Source of the DNA: Eremomyces bilateralis CBS 781.70
Taxonomy: Eukaryota
NCBI GenBank assembly: GCA_010015585.1
Contig: ML975166.1
DNA: 64,000 bases
Reading direction: 5' to 3' (one strand)
In this document: in pieces, positions 48,585 to 60,415 of the stretch
Layout of the letters: each line of letters begins with the position of its first letter
How positions within the stretch are numbered: position 1 is the first letter of the stretch
Program-made: the position numbers and the translations under genes
The notes under the pieces: generated by a model
Database searches by the model: none
The model's input: the letters and a program-made list of their open reading frames with translations, nothing else
What the model was told of the DNA's origin: nothing

Positions 48585-49178
48585 GCCAGTGGTGAAGGTA
48601 GCGGATAGTGAGACGCGGAATAGTATTAGGCGAAGGTGAAAATGCAGAGGTGTTTCGAGTGGAAGTATGGTGATGACTGCTAGATTCGCGGATGTAGGTA
48701 TGTTCAGAGTTATTTGTCGCTAACAGCAAAGTTAGATCCGTCCAGTTTCACGAATGTTGGTGAAAGATGAAAGACAGAGAGTTGAGAAGCAGAGCTGATG
48801 AAGAGAACTTATATAAGCCCTATGGTCTTAGCAGACAGTAATTCTATTGCTGCTCTTTCCAACGGCAGTGAAATAAATACCATTCACTTAGAGACACCTT
48901 GCTACTATTGTCAAGTGATTGATTTGAGAGCTGATGATTCAATAGCATGACCATAGTGCTATTGTCAACAAATGGACAGCTCTATAGAAAATTGGACAGG
49001 ACAATAAGAATCAACATGAAAATAGTGACAAATTGGGGGATTCAGAAAGATAACGATTGGCAGTGTAGAAAAGGGGAAACTTACACATCCCAATGCTATG
49101 TCGCCACTCCTTCGTACACGATTTCCAGACAAATGATCCGCAACAGACGCTGTAAAAGGAACAGTGTAGCAATCGGCA

Positions 49179-49953
49179 ATGCTCCCTCAGGTCCTATTGC
49201 CGAAGGTACCGATGCCGGATGTCTCTGTCACTCTGTATCCTGGGATGCCCAGGTTGGCAGAGCAAGGGCGGCACGAGATGGACCAAATCTCCGCCGGATG
49301 TCGGCAAATGTTCTATCTGCGATCGTATGCTTCGTATAATGCGCTCTCGAGGTATATTCAGTATAGTTGCGGTTATCTGCTCGCCGCCTTGGTGCAGTAT
49401 TCGGATCTGGCTGGCCACAGTGTTTCCACTATCGCGACACTCCTACTCCTCTCTGTTTCTCTTCATCCCCACAATCTTCCCAACCGGTGTCGAAACGAGG
49501 AGCTTCCAGATGTATCCGGAGCCGTGCTGCGCAATATCCACACTTCTTGAGGCTGCCGCACTGGTTTCGCAATGGATGCTAGGGCCGCGAGGACCGTTCT
49601 TGGAGAGAACTTCAGGGAAACTAAGGTATAAACTGTTGAACTTCTTGACGTTGAGGAAGCCGTGGCTACGAATGTATCAGGAGCCATTTTCACCATCCGA
49701 ACAAGAGGCGTTGAGAAGGATACGGCGCATCATTGCGAGTTGCGACGCAGCATTCCAGACAGGATTGTTGACAAAGTTGGACGAAAGCAGCGCGTTGAAC
49801 GAAATGCGGTTCCCTGACGCGACCAGGCCACTCACCACTGTCATGGATCGGCATGCGACTCTCGGGCTTGGCAGCCGCATTCGGGCCGAGAGGCAGATTG
49901 GTATGGAAAAATACGACATGGAAGTATTATTGACAGTACGTATTGATACGTAA
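49179..49953 (+). other. Possible lineage-specific or frameshifted gene remnant
   Basis: Two overlapping + ORFs (49179-49550 and a frame ending 49953) that read protein-like on either side of ~49540. No recognisable domain. Confidence 0.3.
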
Positions 49954-50519
49954 TACCCGTGGTACCGTTTTAGAATTTTGGTAACCGGATTGGAGATAAC
50001 TTACAGCACGCCAAACCTGATTGTGAATATATTACCACCCCTCACTCCGTAGACAATGCAAGGAGGCGCCAAATCTGTCTGTGGTGTCCCGCAATATGAA
50101 ATAGAAGCAGGACGGTCAATGGGATCAGGTCCTCGATTCCCCGTACTCAGACAGGATGTAGCAACAGAAGCAAATAGCTACAGAAGCGCGTACAGCATTA
50201 CTCACGCCACTATGGCCCTACCCGTAATAGTAGTCAATATCCCGTTAATACATGGATCGCTGATCGCATGAGACATGGACGTGCTCTGAATCTGCTGCAT
50301 GGTGGGGGTTTGGCCCACTTCGATTGAAACAACCAGACCAGACTGAAATTCATCGTGTCCCACCATCCTTCCCTTTGACTGGGAACCCTACCGGCTGAGA
50401 GATCAACCATTGTTAACCTGTCCATAACCACCTGGATTCCGCTCGTTATTCTTCTTTTCCTCATCACCCCCTCCCTTTACACTCAGACTCTCTACTGTTG
50501 ACATAAACATCTCTCCAAT

Positions 50520-51811
<1,292 letters not shown>

Positions 51812-52302
51812 TGACGGACGTCTTGGTGTACAATTCTAGAAATCGGATAAACGGGTCTCTGGTACGATGATATTGCAGGGGATGGCAGGGATCGATAGAC
51901 ATAAATACGCTATGATCGTTGTGCTGAAGCCGACTCTCGACCCATTGACACCGTACATAAAAGCGCAGAACCAACCAAATATGCCGCATACTATCGATAT
52001 GATAGAAACACAAACAAATCGAATCACAGTTGATACTTGCATCCGGATATCACAAGCGCCTAACAAGCAGACTGGGAGTTCCGTAAAAGTAGTATTAATG
52101 CCTCAGGCAGTAAGGCATCCAGCCCACGCAGATCTCAACTCACTTGACTTCGTGTGTGACTGATTTTATATCCAACCTGACTCGCTCACTTCAACAAAGT
52201 GGGCAATAATACTCATATTTCCACCTGGAACCTTTTCCTTGCCATCGTGCATCCTCTCGCCTCAAACCTCAACCCTAACCTTGGCTGTCACGCCCGAATT
52301 GC

Positions 52303-53577
52303 ATGTCAATCGTCAACATGGACAATGTTGTGAGCCTTCTCAAAGCGACGAAGCCGAGCCTGGACTTGTCATCCACCGACCCGATTCAGCTGTCCTCGAC
52401 GTACTTTGGCACGGAATATTCCTCCGAGGAAGGAAGTACGATTAAGGAGCACTTGGCCCCAGACATGGCCGCTCGGCTTCCTGCCTTGAATGCTTTCCTC
52501 TCCGTGCGCACCACCATCCTAGGCTCCAAGCCCTCGATCGCAGACGTTTTTGCATTCAAGCTCCTGGCACCCGTCGTTTCCAAATGGTCGCCAGACGAAA
52601 GGACGGGCGAGCAAGGCAATCACCACATTGTGCGGTTCGTGGACTTCGTGCAAAACGCGCCGGTCTACGGTCCGCTGGCTGTGTCCGCCGGTGACAAGGT
52701 CGAGATTGATCCGAGCGATGTCAAGGTTGCGGTCAAGCCCGTCGACATGAAAGCGGAGCGGGAGAAGAAGAAGCGGGAGAAGGAGGCCGCTGCGGCCGGA
52801 GCGCAGGGGAAGCCGGACTTGAAAGAGAAGGCCAAGGACAAGGTTGCTGCCGTTGGCGACAAGCTTGCTGCGACGACGCTCGGGCCCGGAGCCCAGGGCG
52901 AAGGAAAGCCTAAGAAGGAGAAAAAGGAGAAAGTGAAGAAGCCTCAGCCACCTCCACCGGTAGAAAAGCCGCTTTCCCCAGCTCTGATCGATCTCCGAGT
53001 TGGGCACATTCTCCGTGCCATCAACCACCCGAATGCCGACACTCTCTACGTATCTACCATCGCCTGCGGGGACCCAGAAGACACGCCGAACACTACCAAA
53101 GATGAGGAGACAGGGAAAATCGTCCGGACCGTCTGCTCTGGACTAAATGGATTGATCCCTCTGGCCGAAATGCAGGGCCGCAAAGTCGTGGTGGTCTGCA
53201 ATCTCAAGCCGGTGACCATGCGTGGGATCAAGTCATGTGCCATGGTTCTTGCTGCATCACCCAAAGTCGCTGAAGGAGGCGATGCTCATGCTGGTCCGGT
53301 CGAGCTTGTGGCTCCGCCCGCGGACGCGGAGGCCGGGGAGAGATGCTCCTTCGAGGGGTGGGAGGGCGCACCGGAGCCAGTGTTGAATCCGAAGAAGAAG
53401 ATGTGGGAAGCCGTCCAGCCGGGGTTCACCACGACCGACGCCTTGGAGGTCGGATTCGATGTGGCGGCCACGGATTCGGAGGCAATGAAGGGGCAGGGGA
53501 AGTCGGGCGTTGCAAAACTGACATGCGGAAAAGGGGTGTGCAAAGTTACTACCTTGAAAGGAGCTGTTGTGCGGTGA
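52303..53577 (+). CDS. ARC1: tRNA-aminoacylation cofactor Arc1 (GST-like domain plus EMAP-II/OB tRNA-binding domain)
   Basis: GST-C-like LSVRTTILGSKPSIADV, HIVRFVDFVQN, Lys-rich linker, IDLRVGHI..HPNADTLYVS, VCSGL, NLKPVTMRGIKSCAMVL, LNPKKK. Confidence 0.92.
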   Translation: MSIVNMDNVVSLLKATKPSLDLSSTDPIQLSSTYFGTEYSSEEGSTIKEHLAPDMAARLPALNAFLSVRTTILGSKPSIADVFAFKLLAPVVSKWSPDERTGEQGNHHIVRFVDFVQNAPVYGPLAVSAGDKVEIDPSDVKVAVKPVDMKAEREKKKREKEAAAAGAQGKPDLKEKAKDKVAAVGDKLAATTLGPGAQGEGKPKKEKKEKVKKPQPPPPVEKPLSPALIDLRVGHILRAINHPNADTLYVSTIACGDPEDTPNTTKDEETGKIVRTVCSGLNGLIPLAEMQGRKVVVVCNLKPVTMRGIKSCAMVLAASPKVAEGGDAHAGPVELVAPPADAEAGERCSFEGWEGAPEPVLNPKKKMWEAVQPGFTTTDALEVGFDVAATDSEAMKGQGKSGVAKLTCGKGVCKVTTLKGAVVR

Positions 53578-53809
53578 TGGATAGGATTCATGACACCGTG
53601 TCGATATAGAATTACGAAGGCATACAAGGGGACTCGAGGGAAGCACCGGAGAGTCCTGATATAAATTCTTCAAACGAATGTTCTTAGGAACTGAAATTGG
53701 AGAGCCTGTCCCGGTACAAGGTCACCATCGCAAACACAAAATTATGTTCACTGCATGTCGAAGATTTAGATTGGATCATGCCTGATGAATTGATCGTCAG
53801 AATATCAAA

Positions 53810-54820
53810 CTAGAATATCTTACTCAAAACCCTCGTGACCTCAGGTTGACTGCCGGATGCCGCGTCCGCATTCCCTTTTATCTTAGACCTGTTTTGCTTG
53901 AACTCTCGCACAAGCGATCCCCTTTTCGACGCCTTTGGAGGTTCTATAGCCTCGGTTGCCCCATCCTCAACAAGAGTCTTTGATTTGCCCTTTGATTTCG
54001 CCTCCTTCCCCTTGGACTTCGCCGCCATGCCCTCCAGCATCTTCGCCGTCTCGATATTCTGCAAAAACAGCTTATTCTCCTTCGTCGTTCTCGCAATCTC
54101 CGCCCGCATTCTCGCTGCTCGTTCCGCATTTTCGTTCGCGATCTGCTCGGTGAGATGATGCCATTTGAATCCCTTCAGGTATTTGATGTTCCACACGTCG
54201 TCGTGGTAGAACCCTCGCTTCTTCCCGCCCATGATCTTGGTGTTGAGCAGTTCCGCGACTAGCTTGGCGTCCGATTTCTTGAGGAATTCCACCCAGCCGT
54301 CGGAGAACGATTGTCGACCACTCCCACCGGCTTTCTTCTTCCGCGCGCGAACATCGGTTGACTCGGGAGTCAGGAAAATGCGACCAAGAGTACCATGTAC
54401 GCTGAGACGCTGACGCAGCATTTGAGGGGTCATGAAAGGAGGTATTCTTGAGACATAGACGACACCGGTCTTTGAAGCAGCTTGCTGGGAGGCGGCAATG
54501 CTCGTCTCAGAAAGTTGTTTCGACTTCCGCCGTCGTTCTTTCGTCTTCGAGGACGAGTCTTGAAGGGATGCAGGCAGCTCCTCTTCAGCGGGGTAATGTA
54601 TTATATCGTCGCTCGTGGCCGTAACTTGGACATCTTCCTCCTCGACTTCATCTTCGCTTTCGTCTTCGCTTCCAGAGTGGTCCCAGGTATCGGCAACCTT
54701 CCGTCGCTTCGTTTGTCTTACGAAGTCCGATCTTCCGCGGCTGTCGTCCTTCTCTCCCGTGCTATCACCTCCATCGCTCTCCTCTAGGTCAAAGTAATCG
54801 TCACGCTTTCTGGTAGACAT
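53810..54820 (-). CDS. ESF2: Pre-rRNA processing protein Esf2/ABT1
   Basis: ATG 54820. Motifs GVVYVSRIPPFM, DGWVEF, GGKKRGFYHDDVWNIKYLKGFKWHHLTEQI; ends LSKIF. Confidence 0.95.
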   Translation of the reverse strand: MSTRKRDDYFDLEESDGGDSTGEKDDSRGRSDFVRQTKRRKVADTWDHSGSEDESEDEVEEEDVQVTATSDDIIHYPAEEELPASLQDSSSKTKERRRKSKQLSETSIAASQQAASKTGVVYVSRIPPFMTPQMLRQRLSVHGTLGRIFLTPESTDVRARKKKAGGSGRQSFSDGWVEFLKKSDAKLVAELLNTKIMGGKKRGFYHDDVWNIKYLKGFKWHHLTEQIANENAERAARMRAEIARTTKENKLFLQNIETAKMLEGMAAKSKGKEAKSKGKSKTLVEDGATEAIEPPKASKRGSLVREFKQNRSKIKGNADAASGSQPEVTRVLSKIF

Positions 54821-55219
54821 GATCGTTTCTGGGGTTCGGTGTTCGAAGCAGTGGGAGTTTAGACGGATGTTTGTTGGAAGTGCGGATTGGAAAGTTTCAA
54901 CGGCATGACTCAGAACTTCAAAAATGTATGATGCGCATGACTCGGCTCTCATTACCCCATCGTCCAGGCGAAGAGCGCAGCGTCATTGAACTCATATATT
55001 ATTATATCACTGCTTAATTCACAATTCACACTGTTACCTTCTAAGATTGCAATAATATGGCGGGTTTCAAGGCATCTGATAGGAGAATATAATGCATACA
55101 AAAGAGCAAGGCTATTGGTCTCACCAAGATAATAAGGGCCTAGGATAAAATATTTATCAGCCGTTTTCCACATAAACCATCGCCCATCAACACCACAAGA
55201 GATCGTGTTCGGTGAGAAG

Positions 55220-56421
55220 ATGACATTTCGCAAAAGAGTTATTCCATCGACTGGAGATCAGCACCATGTGCCATCCATACAACCCGGCATCCGCTCATCT
55301 CCCCTCGATGGACGGCCAACGACATCCACCGGTGTCCAGTCGCTCGACGATGCATTATCTGGCCACTCCGGATTACCGTTGGGGAACTCCATCTTGATCG
55401 AAGAATCAGGGGTGACGGACTACGGTAGTACGCTGCTTCGTCTTTTCGCCGCCGAGGGGGCAGTTCAGGGACAGACGGTCCATGTCATCGGTACCAGCGA
55501 GGAGTGGCTTCGTGACTTGCCTGGAGTCGTGGAGGCGAAGCGAGCGACGGCTCAGCCAGAGACCCGTAAACCCACGGAGCAAAATGAGAGGATGAAAATT
55601 GCATGGAGATATGAGCGACATGGTGAGTCTGGAGTCCCCCTTTCCACGGATGGAAAGATACGTGGAATGGTACGTGCTCGGATATGGCTAATCTCGACCA
55701 CTTAGCCCCTACGGATCGAGAAGGTCTTAAAACAAAAGGAGAACCTCCGAAAGAAGGGATCTCGACATTCTGTCATAGTTTCGATCTTGCTAAACGACTA
55801 GACGTTGGGCTGCGATCTCGATTTCAGTTCATCCCCCTTCGAGGCGTTGGCGACACTCAGTCTTCGCCTTTCCTCTCCGCCTTTCTAACACTCGAGAAAT
55901 ACCTTTTGAGCTCGGCTCCAACCTCGGTTCATCGCGTGGTCATCCCTAGTCTACTCTCACCAGCCCTGTATCCTCCTCACGCGTGCGCTCCTCACCACGT
56001 TCTCCAGTTCCTCATGAATATTCGACGGCTTCTCCGCTCAATTCCATCCCGACTTGCCGTCATGACCACTTTTCCTCTCTCACTGTTTCCTCGCAATCAA
56101 GGAGTTGTCCGCTGGATGGAAATTCTCAGTGATTGCGTGCTTGAGCTGGCACCATTTCCACACCAATCCCTCGCGTCCTCAGGCGCTACAACCAAGGATG
56201 AAGAAGCTCCGCAAGGGTTGATGCGGATCCATAAACTCCCCACACTACACGAGCGAGGAGGAGCCAGTGCGGCACAACTACTTGCGGAAGATCTAGCTTT
56301 TGTCGTCAGTCGAAGGAAGGTGGTGATCAAACCATTCAGTCTTCCACCGATTGAGGGGGACCAAGAGGCGCAGAGCGAGCGAGAAGGAGGCCATACTCAA
56401 GGTGGAGGTCTTTCTTTCTGA
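55220..56421 (+). CDS. ELP4: Elongator complex subunit 4 (PAXNEB), 2 exons
   Basis: MTFRKR start; motifs RSSPLDGRPTTSTG, LIEESGVTDY, MKIAWRY, FCHSFDLAKRL, IKPFSLPP. Intron 55623-55705 is the frame-consistent choice. Confidence 0.92.
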
Positions 56422-59400
56422 GGGAATATTTGGCTCGGAATGTAATTCCGTCATTGGTTGCGGTCAATAGAATTGTAGAGCATGCTTGGCGTTGCTGCAT
56501 CCGGAGACCGGGACTCCACGTTCATTCAGGGACGAGGAATCAAGCATAAGTCGGGAGTTAATTGGTACAGATGATATTTGCCGAAAAGTCTAAAATGATC
56601 GTCCTCATATTAAGCTATTCAGTGGGTTACAAATGACATCCATATGCAGTGTGTGGTTTTGGAATGGCGAGGCGCACTCAAGGCAGACAATATCGCATCA
56701 GTCCGTGATCAGGCGTAAATTTGGACCCTCGCCATCTCAATGCATATTGCGCGGCTCGCGATCAATTTTCTTTGGTTCAAGAGCCAAGTCACGCCGTGAT
56801 CCTATGCACTCCCCGTTGTTCGGATATAGCTGCCAATAGCAGCTATTGCATTGGTAGCTAATGCAAGTTGGTATGCAATCAGTTCGCGCTCTACTGGATG
56901 GGGTTCAAATCATTCGATACTACAAGTCTACTATAGTATACGCCTGGATTCGGTACCAGGCGAGACATACTCCATCGTCTACGGCTCTAGTAGCAACTGC
57001 CTTACCCATCAATCCCCTTGATGGCCGTAGTGCTCAAAGACCGGGGTGTCTCGACAATAATTTTAACCAGTGGGCAAATCATTCGATTTTAGTGTTATTA
57101 TATTCTCGTTTTATCAGGAAGTTGAGCATTGCAGTGATAGCCATCAAGGGGTAGTAACAGCGGTTTATCAGGTCTCTGTGAAAGCTGTCACCCAAGGAAG
57201 GTGTTGCGTTTTGGAAATATCAAATATGGAAATCCCCGAGTACACCGACAAGGCAGTTGGGGCAGTCTGCACTGTACCATCACCGCCCTAGCGCCCACGC
57301 AGCCGTCCGCGATCGTATTTCTCGGTATATTTGAAATAATGAACAAATGGGATCTGCTTCCTGAGGGATATTGATAGCTTGGCTTACTTACCTTCGTGGC
57401 TATGGTGAACAAACTGGTTAGCTGGAGACATACTTCTGAATGCCCAGATGGCACATTGTAGTACTGGTTGGTGGAGGATAGACACGGCCCGCGGAAACCT
57501 GGAAGAGAGATGCCTCGAGTTGAACGGTTACGATTTATGAGAAGGCGCAGGACTTCGTCATGCTATTATCGTGAGACATCAAGATGACGAGTCCCATATA
57601 TCTGACATACAGTGAGGCTGGGTCGAGACAGTCGCACAGCACGGTCAACTAGACAATAGACGCCCTGCTTGAGGATCGCCATTAGCCAAGTTCTAGGCCC
57701 ATTTGTATCATGGGAATCTCCTCTGCGTAGAGCAGTCTTGGAGGTTTAATGTTGACCTCTGGGGACCCAGTGGCAGTCCGCAGCGGTTCTGGCCTCCAAA
57801 AGAACAGGAAACGATCCCGACCGCCGAGATTCAATTCGGCTGCGAGCATAGGTGATTGGACCTGCAGTTGCGGAACTACGTATCTCTCGTATGTACGTAC
57901 CTATTGCGTTGACCTCAGCCACACAACTCAGCCGATACGCATCGGATGGATACGTCCAGTTCAGTCTGGTCTAGTCAGAACATGAGATTTGCACCGCCAC
58001 TCGATGACAATCTCCGATAATAGGGTGAGGGAAGCCCTTGTTCGCTGAGAGCACTATGTAGAAAGTGAGAACCGGTAGGGAAATGTTCATAATGTGACAT
58101 ACCGAGCTTCTTGATAGGGTGTGGCGATCATACTGTGGCCTTTATCGACTGTTGATAGATTGCGCCAGGGAGGCAAATCCACGGTCCAGGAGGCACGCAC
58201 TTTCGTACTATGACATCAGCCGTTCACCACAATCAGGATTTGAACTTCATGATTGCTCTATTCCTGTTCTGTGTAGTACAGGAAGTACCGTGCATCCGAG
58301 GGATATGCTTCAGCGTCTTTCTCCAAATTGATCCGTAGTGACTGAAGCCAAGAGGATGGACGACCGGGAGCGGAACGGAGAGCCAAGACGTGCCAATGTG
58401 GAGCGGAAATGAGATCTTGTCGGCGGATCTCCAATTCTGCATGGGACGAAAATTTGAATATTCGGTTGATGCCCCATTTGAGTATTTGACAGGCAGTTCG
58501 AGTGGACAGTTGACTGGGGGACAGATGCAGGATACACCCGCTACACTACAGGATTGAAACATGCTAGGAACCGGACAGTATTACCCTAACCCCCCCTGTC
58601 ATATAATACCAGTGATCGGTGATATGTACACTTCCATCAGGATTCGGGAAATTTGGAATGAACGCCTTGTAGCCGCCTGTGGGTGAGGAAGAATGAGGGA
58701 CTCCTCTCCAAGAAACCCAAGAATGTTGGCTATTGACTATCAAAGTTGCCAAGGACTCCAGGGAGGCAGTGCAGACCGAAGGCGGCAAAGTAGTACCCGA
58801 TGGTTGGCCATGATTTATCGGGGTTCCGGCGTTTGCCAGACATCCGTTTACCATACCCAAATGCCGTGGCCAGAAGACCATGCCAATGGTGAGTGAATTG
58901 ATTTGAAGCACTTGAATCATCACAGCATGACGAGTTGATGAGCATGTGTGTTCGACCACCACTGGTGGACGGCTCACTAGCCTCTGCTGGATGTACACTA
59001 TGAACGGGATGGAGGTAAACAGGATTAGGAGGATTGCCGTATTATTGTACTCCATATTTTACTTACTGTACGTGGGATTCAGGATTCAGGAATTAAGATC
59101 TAGGAATCAAGATCAGGATAATAATACTATGTATACTGCCAGCTGCTGTGGACAGAGTTGTGTCACGGTTGGGAATTGGGATCAGGTTTCCATTGGCAGT
59201 CTAAAACAGATGGAGCATCTTCCAAACACAGGTAGGTAATAAACATGCCGTAATAAATATCACAGGGTCATAGAATCGACGAATCCGATGTCCCCAACAC
59301 GATGACCAATCCCAATAATACGGAGTATTAGTTGATTGTTTCTCGTAATATATAAGGTACCTGTTTACGACACGGTCTCCTGCCCCTACAAGGCTACAAC

Positions 59401-60240
59401 CCAAGTGCCCGTCGATGATGATGATGATCATCATCCTCTTCATCAAGCTCTTATCCGCATCAAAGTTATCATCTATTATCCATCATGCCAATTCAGTTTC
59501 CCCATTTACATCCACCTCTTCTCACCCTCCACCAGACTCGTCCATCTGGCTCCTTTCACTCCCCCATCATTATACCGGCCCCCGGCGTCCACTCCAAATC
59601 ACCCAACCCCATACAAATTTCCCAACGGAGCTAGCTCCCTGGCGCTTTGTTGCACTGCCACTCCTAGCTTCTGTCCGACATCCTCCCTTGGGATCGTGAA
59701 CAACAATCTCAATTCGAATTCTGGAATACTCTCCGAGTCCCACTGCTCATTCTCTGCCCACCTTTTTGCCACTCCCTCCTTACGGGTTGGAATTTCTCCT
59801 ATTGACTATTGGGGTTCCATTTGTTGCCATCAGTAAGCCCATTTCTCTCTCTTTCGCGCTTGCCCGTTCCCCCTTGGCGCGTCTTTTTCTCCCGTGCCTA
59901 GACTGGGTCCGGTCAGATTAGAAGGCCTAATTGAACGGCAAGCTGTACACAGCCTCTCTTCTGCCAAATCGTCAGTGGAAAGCTACGGGGTTCGTTTTTC
60001 ATATCGCCTCTTTTCCTGCTCAATCAACTGTGTCCATAGTACCTCCAACGTTCCCTACTGGCCCGCATTCCAGACCTGTCGTTTATATCCTAACATGTGC
60101 TCTGTCCATAGCGCGCGTTACTTTCCATCACCTTGCCACGGTACATCATCTTGACGCCCGATCAGCTACCTCGAGCAAGTCTCGGCCAGCCTCGTCATCG
60201 TCTCCGCCTTCGCCTTCGCCCTTCTATATTGTACACCGCC

Positions 60241-60264
60241 ATGTCGGCGAACAGGCTGAACTGA
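60241..60264 (+). promoter_or_regulatory. Candidate uORF (MSANRLN*) in the PMC1 leader
   Basis: caccgccATG tcg gcg aac agg ctg aac tga; ends 151 nt before the PMC1 ATG. Confidence 0.5.
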
Positions 60265-60415
60265 AAGCCACACATCTCCTCGCACCGTCTAAGCAACGCT
60301 CCCTAAAATACTTTTTCCCCTGGTCGAAGAAGGCAGGGCCGGGTCATCAAGGGTTGGGATTACGTTGCGTCGAACCCACCCTTGACTGCGTCTACTCCCT
60401 GAGGCGGCAGAACAC

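Noticed and set aside
55670..55705. Apparent 36-nt intron in ELP4 from the gtacgt donor
   Set aside because: That donor is phase 0 while the acceptor needs phase 1; gtgagt at 55623 restores the frame.
58564..59055. 163-aa ORF in the PMC1 upstream gap
   Set aside because: No motif, atypical composition and no supporting splice structure; such lengths occur by chance. Not excluded without RNA data.
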